Below are positions 26,164-34,512 of a stretch of 64,000 nucleotides of DNA, one piece after another; within the stretch, counting starts at the first letter, position 1; each line of letters opens with the position of its first letter. Made by a program: the position numbers and the translations under genes. The DNA is from Bacteroidales bacterium (GTDB taxonomy: Bacteria; Bacteroidota; Bacteroidia; Bacteroidales; Muribaculaceae): contig JAAVFS010000122.1 in NCBI GenBank assembly GCA_014800605.1, positions 373 to 64,372 of the forward strand, in the 5' to 3' direction. A model generated the notes under the pieces. The model was not told the DNA's origin and did no database searches. It saw only the letters and a program-made list of their open reading frames with translations.

Positions 26164-29100
26164 TTAGAACGATACTTCAAGACCGAACTCGAACTGGCGA
26201 GTGTTGGGGTAGAAGAATAATACGCGGTTGACTGCGGGCTCGGGATCAAGGCCTGAGTATTTGGTCACGGTGAAGAGGTTGCGACCGGTGAAGTGGAATG
26301 TCAGGTCTTTGAGGTAGAGCTTGTCAAGGATATTGCGGGGGAGAGTGTAGCTTACGGTGAGGTTCTTCAGACGCATGAATGAAGCGTTCTCGATGAAGCG
26401 TGAGTCAAACTCGATATCCTCTGTAGCAGCGGGGATGTCGGTGATCTGGCCGGGGTGGGTCCAGATGTTGAGCATCTCGACACTCTGGTTTAAGCCCTGG
26501 AGGAAGAGGTCGACGCCCTGAACGTAGCGTTTGTCGTTGTTCATGAGGTACTTCTCAAGGCTATAGTTGAAGTCGGCGCGGAGGGCGAGGCCTTTCCAGC
26601 GGGCGTTGACGCCGAAGCCACCATTCCAGGGTGCGATATAGTTCTTGCCGAGGAACTGAGCCATTGTCTCTTCGTTATAGACCTTTGAGAGGTTGCCGGC
26701 GGGGGTGTACCACATCTGCTTACCGTCGCGGGGATCGACACCTGCAAACTTCACATAGTAGTAGTCGGTAGAAGACTTGCCGATCTCGAAGCGAGTGCCG
26801 GTGTTGGGGATGGTGTAAGCGTCGAGGCCGTCGAAGAGCTCGGTGATTTCGTTCTTGTTGTAGCCGATGTTGAAGTTAGCACCTACGTACCAGTTCTTGT
26901 CGCTGTAGATGTCGGCGTTAAGGTCGATTTCAACACCGGTGTTGGTCATCTTACCTACGTTGCCGTAGCCGGAGCTGAAGCCCTGAGTGTAGCTCCAGGG
27001 GATCGACATGAGCATGTCAAAGGTAGTTTTCTTGTAGACGTCGATATCGAATGAGAGGTGCTGGAAGACGCGACCGCTTACACCGAAGTCGAATGAAGAG
27101 GTGGTCTCCCATGTCAGCATGTTGTTGCCGGGATCAGCTACACCTGAGCCTACAGTGTTGCCGGGGCCGTAAGCGGCAGTTGTGCCGAATGCGCCGAAGT
27201 AGAGGTAGTTAGGTATACCTGAGTTGCCTACCTGACCATAGTTGGCGCGAACGGAGAGCTGGTCGATAGCCTGCACTCTCTTGAGCCATGATTCGTTCTT
27301 CATGTTCCAGCGGGCGCCGACAGAGAAGAATGTACCCCAACGGTGGCCGGGAGCAAACTTAGAGCTGCCGTCACGACGGATAGCTGCGTCAACGAAGTAT
27401 TTCTCGGCATAGTTGTAGTTGACATTAGCGAAGTATGAGTTCATCACTATTCGGCTTGATGACTGTGAGAGGTCGCTGATGGTGACGGTAGTACCCTGGC
27501 TCATAGAGAGCAGACGGGGATCGGTGTGGCCTGTGGAGAGGGCACCGAAAGCGTTTGACTTCTGGATGATTGACTCCTGACCGAGAAGGATGGTCAACTC
27601 ATTGAGATTATTCTTGCCGAATGAGAAGTCGTATTCAGCAGTATTGGTGTAGGTGAACTGATAGTAGCGGGAGAATGAGTTCTGTGAAGAACCTGAGGTG
27701 TAAGAGCCTAAGGGGAGGTTGGTGCTGGGAAGCTTGTCGCCCATAGGTGTGAGGTGCACGAGGCGGGGGATAGATGCGTAGATCAGACGGCTGTCGTAAG
27801 CGTCAACTGACTGCTGAGCGCGGAGGATAAGGCCGCGGATCGGAGTGATCTGCTCGAAGATGTTGGCATTGATAGTGATGCGGTTGCGGTCGAGCTTCTG
27901 ATTATCGGTGATGTAGTCGGGGGTAACGGCGCCGGAGTAGTGGAGATACTGAGCCTTATCGCCGTAGTGGATGTTGCCGGCCTCATCGAAGGTCACGTAG
28001 TAGGGAGAGTCCCAGGGACGTGCGAAGTACTGGAAGAGTGAGGGAGTGTAGATTGAGGGACCTTCCGGGATGTTGCCGCTGTAGATGTCGTCAGACATTC
28101 CGTTGGTCTGGTACTTGGTATAACCGAGGTTGCCCTGGAAGCCGATGCGGAGCCATTTTGCAGCCTGAGTTTCCATGCTCCAGCGGAGGGTCTCACGGCG
28201 CATGCCTGACTGGTTGATGATACCTTCCTGATCGTAGTGGCCGAGTGAGAGATAGTAGCTTGACTTGTCAGAGCCGCCGCGAACTACGCCTTCGAGAGAG
28301 TAGGTGGTAGCGGTGCGGAACATCTGGTCGGTCCAGTTGGTGCTGATGCCGTAGTCGGCAACATACTGCTTGATTTCATCGGGGAAGGGCTGGCCTACGA
28401 GGTCGCCGAAGTCGAGGAGCTGCTGAGAGTTCATCATGGTCACCTTGTCGGGGAGTTTGTTGCCCCAGCCGAGGTTGGCGCGAACAGTCACCTGAGCCTT
28501 TTCGCCCATTTTACCTTTCTTGGATGTGATCACGATAACACCGTTAGAAGCGCGAGAACCGTAGAGGGCGGTAGAAGCGGCGTCCTTGAGGACGGTGATG
28601 TTTTCGATGTCAGCGGGATTGAGAGTGGTGAATACGGTCTGAGATACGGGGGCACCATCAAGGATGTAGAGAGGGGTTGTGCTCGCGTAGAGTGAGTTCG
28701 TACCGCGGATTAGGACCTCATTGTCGGTAGAGGAGGGGTCACCTGAGTTAGACCAGATGCTGAGACCTGCTACTTTACCCTGAAGAGCGTCGACGAATGT
28801 GGTGGAGGGGGTGTTCTCAAGTACGTCAGAGCTAACGACTGAAACGGCACCTACGATAGAGCCGGGCTTTTTAGCAGAGCCGTAACCGGTTACGACAACT
28901 TCGCCGAGGACATTGCTTTCGTCCTGAAGAGCGATGACGATACCGTTGGTCAGTCGGACGGTCTGTGTTTGGTAGCCGACGTAAGACACAGTGGCCTGAG
29001 TGCCTTCAGCAACATTGAGGGTGAAGTTACCGTCAAGGTTGGTTGCGACACCGGCGCCATTAGCGATAGAGACTGAGGCTCCTATCAGAGGCTCATTATC

Positions 29101-29196
29101 GCTGGCCGAAACGACTGTACCGCTGATGGTAGTGGTCTGGGCGTAAGCGGAGGCCGCCAGCATGACAGTCATTAGTAGTAGAAATAGTTTTTTCAT
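26164..29196 (-). CDS. SusC/RagA-family TonB-dependent outer-membrane transporter
   Basis: Signal peptide, carboxypeptidase-regulatory-like N-domain (ISGTVVSASDNEPLIGASV), plug (VVVTGYGS..LQGKVAGL), a 22-strand barrel length, and a C-terminal ..FEFGLEVSF. Confidence 0.9.
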   Translation of the reverse strand: MKKLFLLLMTVMLAASAYAQTTTISGTVVSASDNEPLIGASVSIANGAGVATNLDGNFTLNVAEGTQATVSYVGYQTQTVRLTNGIVIALQDESNVLGEVVVTGYGSAKKPGSIVGAVSVVSSDVLENTPSTTFVDALQGKVAGLSIWSNSGDPSSTDNEVLIRGTNSLYASTTPLYILDGAPVSQTVFTTLNPADIENITVLKDAASTALYGSRASNGVIVITSKKGKMGEKAQVTVRANLGWGNKLPDKVTMMNSQQLLDFGDLVGQPFPDEIKQYVADYGISTNWTDQMFRTATTYSLEGVVRGGSDKSSYYLSLGHYDQEGIINQSGMRRETLRWSMETQAAKWLRIGFQGNLGYTKYQTNGMSDDIYSGNIPEGPSIYTPSLFQYFARPWDSPYYVTFDEAGNIHYGDKAQYLHYSGAVTPDYITDNQKLDRNRITINANIFEQITPIRGLILRAQQSVDAYDSRLIYASIPRLVHLTPMGDKLPSTNLPLGSYTSGSSQNSFSRYYQFTYTNTAEYDFSFGKNNLNELTILLGQESIIQKSNAFGALSTGHTDPRLLSMSQGTTVTISDLSQSSSRIVMNSYFANVNYNYAEKYFVDAAIRRDGSSKFAPGHRWGTFFSVGARWNMKNESWLKRVQAIDQLSVRANYGQVGNSGIPNYLYFGAFGTTAAYGPGNTVGSGVADPGNNMLTWETTSSFDFGVSGRVFQHLSFDIDVYKKTTFDMLMSIPWSYTQGFSSGYGNVGKMTNTGVEIDLNADIYSDKNWYVGANFNIGYNKNEITELFDGLDAYTIPNTGTRFEIGKSSTDYYYVKFAGVDPRDGKQMWYTPAGNLSKVYNEETMAQFLGKNYIAPWNGGFGVNARWKGLALRADFNYSLEKYLMNNDKRYVQGVDLFLQGLNQSVEMLNIWTHPGQITDIPAATEDIEFDSRFIENASFMRLKNLTVSYTLPRNILDKLYLKDLTFHFTGRNLFTVTKYSGLDPEPAVNRVLFFYPNTRQFEFGLEVSF

Positions 29197-29321
29197 ACTA
29201 ATTAATTAATTGAACATAATATTGATTGTAATAAAATTCGTGGTTTTGGGTGTGAAATTGTTACCTGTTTGGTTCGTTTTGGTTTTAACTATTACGTTTG
29301 TATATGTTACTGAATTGTCGG

Positions 29322-29329
29322 CAAAGTTA
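29322..29329 (-). promoter_or_regulatory. Bacteroidota -7 box (TAACTTTG on the minus strand) upstream of susC
   Basis: TAnnTTTG about 126 nt upstream of ATG 29196. Confidence 0.35.
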
Positions 29330-29634
29330 AGCAAAATAGTGCAAAAATTAAAGAAAACTGATAAAAATATCTTTCTTTTAACAATTTAGGAATTATGTTG
29401 TCGGAATATGTTGTAAAACATATTTTGTAATATACAGATATACAAATAGTTGTGTGTCGGCTTTGGAGATCAGGTCCGGTGTTACAATCTTATGACGCCG
29501 CCGGTTTGATAAATGAAGAGGCTTTTGGCTGTTATGAATGATCTGTAAGTAAAATGCTAAATTTTAGTAATAAAATGTAAATACGATAATTTGCCAACTG
29601 AATTGTTGGCTGGAGATGGACTATAGGATACTCG

Positions 29635-29704
29635 GTGAAGCCGCTCCGCGGCTATTTGGTCAGATTGTTATACTGTCCGCGGGTTCTTGCAACCAGCGGT
29701 TAAC
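29635..29704 (+). repeat. 70-nt REP-like unit A (GCCGCTCCGCGGC palindrome plus a 9-bp-stem hairpin CCGCGGGTT-N5-AACCAGCGG)
   Basis: An inverted copy lies at 34743-34812. They share an identical 20-nt block and 12+9-nt blocks. Confidence 0.75.
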
Positions 29705-29711
29705 GAGGTAA

Positions 29712-29745
29712 AGCCGCTCCGCGGCATTGGTGGTTATTTTATGTA
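29712..29745 (+). repeat. REP-like unit B (AGCCGCTCCGCGGCATTGGTGGTTATTTTATGTA), interrupted by the transposon
   Basis: Near-identical unit at 34544-34581 (AGCCGCTCCACGGCATTGACGGTTATTATATGTTATGG). Its continuation TTATGG is found at 34521 after the insertion. Confidence 0.7.
29738..29745. repeat. Target-site duplication TTTATGTA (left copy)
   Basis: An identical 8-mer directly abuts the right terminal repeat at 34513-34520. Confidence 0.85.
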
Positions 29746-29768
29746 GGTAATTATATATAAAGTTACAC
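29746..29768 (+). repeat. Left terminal inverted repeat GGTAATTATATATAAAGTTACAC
   Basis: Matches the reverse complement of 34490-34512 at 21/23 positions. Confidence 0.85.
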
Positions 29769-29800
29769 AAAATAAATTTGCACCTATGTAAACTTATTCT

Positions 29801-29808
29801 TATCTTTG
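29801..29808 (+). promoter_or_regulatory. Bacteroidota -7 box TATCTTTG (with a TTTG -33-like element at 29777-29780) for the transposase
   Basis: TAnnTTTG 22 nt upstream of ATG 29830. This argues against the TTG 29806 start in the ORF track. Confidence 0.5.
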
Positions 29809-29829
29809 CATCATATAAATGATAATCGT

Positions 29830-30744
29830 ATGATTGACAAAGATTTCAATTCAATAATCGAGCTGTTTGAGACATTTCCCGACGAACAGAGTTGCATCGA
29901 CCATTTGGAATGGCTTCGGTGGCACGGTGACGTGGTAAGTCCATTCGACCCGACATCGACAGTCTACAAGTGCAAAGATAACAAATATCGCTGTAAAAAC
30001 ACAGGAAAATACTTCAATGTAAAGACAAAGACATTGTTTGACAGCTCAAAAGTTGAGTTGCGCAAATGGTTTGCCGCGATATGGCTTGTGACTTCTCATA
30101 AGAAAGGAATATCATCTGCTCAGTTGGCCCGTGACATTGACGTAACGCAGAAAACGGCATGGTTTATGTTGCAGCGCATCCGCAACTGTTTCGGTATTGA
30201 AAATGACAGCGAACTTAACAATACTGTTGAGATAGATGAAACGTATGTTGGCGGTAAGGAGAAAAACAAGCATGCGAATAAACGTACTGAAGGTTCACGT
30301 GGGCGTAGTGTCAAAGACAAAGTGCCTGTTCTCGGAATGGTAGAACGAAAAGGCAAACTTGTCGCAAAGGTTGTAGAGAATACAACATGCGCTGTCTTAA
30401 CGCCTCAAATTGTGCAATACGTTAAAGATGCTTTAATCTATACCGATGAATGGTGGGGCTATAACTCAATTAGAAAACTATTCCAACATCAAGACGTACA
30501 TCACAAGGCAAAAGAATATGCCCATGGTGATGTCTATACCAATACTATCGAGGGTTTTTGGTCGTTATTGAAGCGTGGTATCATCGGAATCTATCATTTC
30601 ACTTCCAAGCAGCACTTGCAGAAATATGTGGATGAATTTGTATTTCGTTACAATACCCGCAAGCATACGGAATCTGAGCGATTCAATCTTTTACTCGGCA
30701 ATACTGAACATAGACTAACTTATAAAGAATTGATATATGGATAA
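29830..30744 (+). CDS. IS1595-family (ISXO2-like) DDE transposase
   Basis: N-terminal zinc-ribbon/HTH region (CIDHLEWLRWHG..YKCKDNKYRCKNTGKYF..ISSAQLARDIDVTQKTAWFMLQRIR). Catalytic contexts IDETYVGG, YTDEWWGY, NTIEGFWSLLKR. Confidence 0.85.
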   Translation: MIDKDFNSIIELFETFPDEQSCIDHLEWLRWHGDVVSPFDPTSTVYKCKDNKYRCKNTGKYFNVKTKTLFDSSKVELRKWFAAIWLVTSHKKGISSAQLARDIDVTQKTAWFMLQRIRNCFGIENDSELNNTVEIDETYVGGKEKNKHANKRTEGSRGRSVKDKVPVLGMVERKGKLVAKVVENTTCAVLTPQIVQYVKDALIYTDEWWGYNSIRKLFQHQDVHHKAKEYAHGDVYTNTIEGFWSLLKRGIIGIYHFTSKQHLQKYVDEFVFRYNTRKHTESERFNLLLGNTEHRLTYKELIYG

Positions 30745-31768
30745 CAATTTATATGCAACCCATAAGGGCATAGTAAAGATTGGCGAATATAGTGTCCCAT
30801 GTGCGGTCCTAAATAATGGGAAACGTGTATTTATACAACGAGAAATAGTCGGTTTATTAACTGGTAATAAAAAAGGTGGATTAGATAGGTATCTGCAAGC
30901 TAAGACTTTACAAGAATACGTGCCAGATAAATTCAAAGGGGATGGGTTGGTCCAGAATGTCTACAAATTTAGGTTAGACAATAAAGATGCTCATGGATTT
31001 GAAGCAACTGATGTTATTGATATTAGCATGATGTATATTAATGCTAACAATGACGGCAAACTCTTGGCAAGTCAAAAACACCTTGCAGCTCAATCATTAG
31101 TAATTGTCTCTGCATTTGCGAAGACAGGCGTTATTGCTGTCATAGATGAAGCAACCGGTTACTTAAAAGAGAAGAATAGAGCTAAAGACGAATTACAAAA
31201 GTTCCTACAAAGTTTCATGAGGGAGGAAGCCGCAAAACTTGTAAAACGTTTTGAGGATTCATTCTTTGAAATGATTTATAAAATGCGTGGATGGACATGG
31301 AATTACACCCATAAACATCCCGGTGTCGTCGGTCAATGGATTAATGATTTGGTTTATGAGAGAATTGCTCCTATGGTATTAAGTGAACTTCGTAAAAAGA
31401 ATCCCACTTTGGCTAATGGACAACGTAAATACAAGCATCATCAATTCTTAACCGATGAAATTGGAATACCCAAGCTGTTGGCACATATATCTACATTAGA
31501 GGCTTTTGGTCGTGCGTCTAACTACGATTGGAATATGTTTTTAGATATGGTTGATAGGGCTTTCCCTAAACAAAATCAACAGTTACGTATTTTTTTTGGG
31601 GATATTTATTTAGAGGATAAAAAAGAGGTAGAGTCTACCGAAAAAACGTCATCATTTAATAAACTGCTCACCCAAGCCCTCAACTATGACCCAAAGAAAG
31701 ATAAACGCAACGACAATGAGGGCAAAGAAGAAGAAGATGATGAAGATTTCTGTTGTGTTATAAAATAG
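30737..31768 (+). CDS. P63C-domain protein with an acidic C-terminal tail
   Basis: Pattern typical of the phage-associated P63C domain (..WINDLVYERIAPMVLSELRKKNP..GQRKYKHHQFLTDEIGIPKLLAHISTLEAF..). The start overlaps the transposase stop by 8 nt. Confidence 0.6.
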   Translation: MDNNLYATHKGIVKIGEYSVPCAVLNNGKRVFIQREIVGLLTGNKKGGLDRYLQAKTLQEYVPDKFKGDGLVQNVYKFRLDNKDAHGFEATDVIDISMMYINANNDGKLLASQKHLAAQSLVIVSAFAKTGVIAVIDEATGYLKEKNRAKDELQKFLQSFMREEAAKLVKRFEDSFFEMIYKMRGWTWNYTHKHPGVVGQWINDLVYERIAPMVLSELRKKNPTLANGQRKYKHHQFLTDEIGIPKLLAHISTLEAFGRASNYDWNMFLDMVDRAFPKQNQQLRIFFGDIYLEDKKEVESTEKTSSFNKLLTQALNYDPKKDKRNDNEGKEEEDDEDFCCVIK

Positions 31769-31797
31769 AATCTCAAAAAATTTCACTACATTTGCAA

Positions 31798-31823
31798 GCG
31801 GATAGGACAGAGGTCTTGTCCGC
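31798..31823 (+). terminator. Terminator candidate after the P63C gene
   Basis: GCGGA...TCCGC stem with an inner GAC/GTC, followed by TACATTTTTA. Confidence 0.4.
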
Positions 31824-32096
31824 TACATTTTTATTAACGCATAGCGTTTAATGCTATTGTACTCGATTCAGAAAACTGCCAATTTTCAACACAACGGGGA
31901 CAAAGCACTGAACGCCCACGGTCTTGTCACATCTCAAAGGTGTGGCTTGTTTGGTGGGCTTAGTGTCTCTGTATGTTGTGTGGGTATGGCAGTACCTCTG
32001 AATCGTACAAGATGCAAAAGCCCACCACTATTTTTTTATTGGTGGTGGCAGTAACTTCGGCAATATTGCAAACTAACCAATAAACTTTTCAAAATT

Positions 32097-32465
32097 ATGA
32101 AACATTTCAAACAAATTGCAACACTGCTTATCGTATTAATCAGCAGCGTAATGGTGTCATGTTCCGATGAACCACAGAACACAGCGATAGTAGGAACGTG
32201 GAAGTATGTAGTTACCGAAGAAGGATGGTCTGGGAAAAACGAAGTCGGAATAACATATACATTCACAAAAAAGGGAAGAGTTACATGTAGAATGTGGGTT
32301 TATAAGAATGGTAAAAAAACATCTGATGATGAGTATAATTTCTCATACACGTTTGATGGCAAGTCAGTAACACTTAAAGATTCAAGTGGTTCTTCTGTAA
32401 CATATAAAGTCACTATCTCTCGTAACCAAATGACGATGGATGGCAGAACATATACCAAACAATAA
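32097..32465 (+). CDS. Small lipoprotein (lipocalin-like fold suspected)
   Basis: Lipobox VMVSC|S and the GTWKYV motif common in lipocalin-like lipoproteins. 122 aa. Confidence 0.55.
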   Translation: MKHFKQIATLLIVLISSVMVSCSDEPQNTAIVGTWKYVVTEEGWSGKNEVGITYTFTKKGRVTCRMWVYKNGKKTSDDEYNFSYTFDGKSVTLKDSSGSSVTYKVTISRNQMTMDGRTYTKQ

Positions 32466-32476
32466 ACTGCTAAAAT

Positions 32477-32983
32477 ATGAAAAAATATCTCATTTTGTTA
32501 ATAGTGACAATAGTTGGAACTCTATCTTCAAGCGCTCAATCACAAGTATCTGCCAAGTATCAAGGCGAAGTCGAATTGGGTTATTCTTTTGGTGTAGGCA
32601 CATTGGCTACAGATCGGATTAATCTCCATTCGATAAATGGCGTGAAAGTGGGAGACTATTTCTCCGCAGGTATTGGACTCGGGCTTGATTATTATAGGGA
32701 ACTATATGATAAGGGAGAGCTTTTGTTGCCTATATATGTGAACGCGAAGGGATATGTGCCTGTAAATAATAAAGTCGCTCCTTTTTTATCGGTCAACTTG
32801 GGCTATGGAATAGGTCTGACTGAGGGATTAAAAAGTTGCGATGGCATGCTGTGGGCTATTGCACTCGGCGTAAAGATACAAAAGTTTAAGGTTCAACTTG
32901 GGTACACATCACAACGTATATCAGAACATGGTATTGGCATTGATATGAATGCAGTGCAATTAGGTATCGGTATAGTTTTTTGA
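32477..32983 (+). CDS. Small outer-membrane beta-barrel protein (8-strand class)
   Basis: Signal peptide ..SSSAQS, alternating Gly/aromatic strands, and a C-terminal ..LGIGIVF. Confidence 0.6.
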   Translation: MKKYLILLIVTIVGTLSSSAQSQVSAKYQGEVELGYSFGVGTLATDRINLHSINGVKVGDYFSAGIGLGLDYYRELYDKGELLLPIYVNAKGYVPVNNKVAPFLSVNLGYGIGLTEGLKSCDGMLWAIALGVKIQKFKVQLGYTSQRISEHGIGIDMNAVQLGIGIVF

Positions 32984-33021
32984 CATAATAAACACATTCC
33001 TATAACTTAAAGCTATTCAAT

Positions 33022-33543
33022 ATGTTTAGAATAAAACATTTGGCATTTACATTGTTTATAAATGGATTATTGTTATCTCTCACATCTTGTTCCACTTCCA
33101 AGACATCTTTGAGTGAAAGATACGTACATCAAAAATCATTCACTACACAGTTACCTTTTGAGCGTGTTTGGGATAACGTAATTGACCTTTTCGCGGAAAA
33201 CGGCATAGCGATCTCAAATATGGAAAAAGCAAGTGGACTTATAGTTGCAAATGGGATTGAGTATGATGACAATTATACTGTTGAGAATCCAAATAGATAT
33301 AATCCCACGGCATATTTTGTTATCCCTATGCACAAATTTGATGCTGCAAAAATTACAGCCAGCTTTAATGTGCGGGTTAGACAAAACGATGATAATACAG
33401 TTACAGTATCAATCAATCTTCCAAATCTAAAAGCAACAACATACAAAAGAGATATATGGACGGGAGTATATATTCCAAAAGTTGTAGACGTTGCATCTAC
33501 GGGTGTGTTTGAACAAATGCTATTTGATATTATTTCCAGATAG
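33022..33543 (+). CDS. Small lipoprotein, function unknown
   Basis: Lipobox LSLTSC|S. 173 aa. No recognisable domain. Confidence 0.5.
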   Translation: MFRIKHLAFTLFINGLLLSLTSCSTSKTSLSERYVHQKSFTTQLPFERVWDNVIDLFAENGIAISNMEKASGLIVANGIEYDDNYTVENPNRYNPTAYFVIPMHKFDAAKITASFNVRVRQNDDNTVTVSINLPNLKATTYKRDIWTGVYIPKVVDVASTGVFEQMLFDIISR

Positions 33544-33573
33544 AGAAAGAATAAGAAACCTCTAAATAATCAA

Positions 33574-33602
33574 AGAGCGAGATTTTGGTCTCGCTCTTTT
33601 TT
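33574..33602 (+). terminator. Rho-independent terminator of the three-gene exported-protein module
   Basis: 9-bp perfect stem AGAGCGAGA/TCTCGCTCT followed by TTTTT. Confidence 0.7.
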
Positions 33603-33688
33603 ATGAACTTTTTGTTATTTTAAATGAAAGAGCTGTTATTATTGCGCAAAATTTGTGATAAATATTTGCACATATAAAAAATCATTGC

Positions 33689-33696
33689 TAACTTTG
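33689..33696 (+). promoter_or_regulatory. Bacteroidota -7 box TAACTTTG (with TTTG at 33665-33668) for the NYN gene
   Basis: Exact consensus with -33/-7 spacing like that of the transposase promoter. Confidence 0.5.
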
Positions 33697-33770
33697 CAAT
33701 ACCTCTAATGAAACCCCATTCCCACGCGGATGGCTTAAGCCACTTTTTAGTGGCTTGTTTTTTTATTTAT

Positions 33771-34421
33771 ATGACAGTAAATTTTTATATAGACGGCTAT
33801 AATTTTTATTATGGTCTTAGGGCTGCTAAGAATAGTGACGCAAAATGGTGCAGTGCATATTGGATAGATTTTGTAGAGTTATGTCGCAAATTCCTTGGCC
33901 TAGAACAAGAACTTGGTAAGGTGGTGTATTTTACAGCTACACCCTTTCATAGAGATAAAGCAGCACGACAACGCGCATTATTGAAAGTTAATAAAGCATT
34001 ACATCCTACTGAATTTGAGGTAGTAATGGGCCGTTATCTTTCAAAAAAAATCAAATGTCCTAATTGTAATGGATGGTTTCCACGCCCCGAAGAAAAGAAA
34101 ACGGATGTAAACATCTCTGTTCGTTTACTTGGTGATTGTATGTTTAATGCTACGGATAGGGTTGTTCTTGTTAGTGCTGATTCCGACCTCGTACCTCCCT
34201 TAAATTTCATTATTCAAAACTTCCCTGATAAAAAGATTAGAGTTATGTTTCCTATAACTCTAAATTGTAAGGAAACAATTTCATTGCTTCATAAGAACTC
34301 TCTAAAAGTTGTTTTCTTAGAAAAAAATTTTGCAAGATTTAAACAATCCGTATTGCCAGATAATGTTGTCGTTGATGGAGTAGCTTACTCAATTCCTCAA
34401 AAGTGGAAAGAAAGACTATAA
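33771..34421 (+). CDS. NYN (PIN-like) domain protein with an inserted zinc ribbon
   Basis: Starts MTVNFYIDGYNFYYG (NYN first Asp strand). KKTDVNISVRLLGD and VLVSADSDLVPPL are acidic catalytic-type motifs, and CPNCNGWF is a zinc-ribbon half. I prefer ATG 33771 over ATG 33708. Confidence 0.7.
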   Translation: MTVNFYIDGYNFYYGLRAAKNSDAKWCSAYWIDFVELCRKFLGLEQELGKVVYFTATPFHRDKAARQRALLKVNKALHPTEFEVVMGRYLSKKIKCPNCNGWFPRPEEKKTDVNISVRLLGDCMFNATDRVVLVSADSDLVPPLNFIIQNFPDKKIRVMFPITLNCKETISLLHKNSLKVVFLEKNFARFKQSVLPDNVVVDGVAYSIPQKWKERL

Positions 34422-34428
34422 TAGAAGC

Positions 34429-34455
34429 AAGGAGTTGGGCAAAAACCAACTCCTT
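34429..34455 (+). terminator. Rho-independent terminator after the NYN gene
   Basis: 10-bp stem AAGGAGTTGG/CCAACTCCTT followed by a T-run. Confidence 0.65.
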
Positions 34456-34489
34456 TTATATTTCATAACACATGCTATCCCCCTACCGA

Positions 34490-34512
34490 GTGTAGCTTTG
34501 TATATAATTACC
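34490..34512 (-). repeat. Right terminal inverted repeat (GGTAATTATATACAAAGCTACAC on the minus strand)
   Basis: 21/23 match to the left repeat. Confidence 0.85.

Larger units (their letters stand above)
29746..34512 (+). mobile_element. IS1595-family transposon carrying six passenger genes (4,767 bp)
   Basis: 23-bp terminal inverted repeats (21/23), an 8-bp TSD, an IS1595-type DDE transposase at the left end, and visibly AT-rich DNA against a GC-rich backbone. Removing it restores a REP-unit sequence. Confidence 0.85.
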
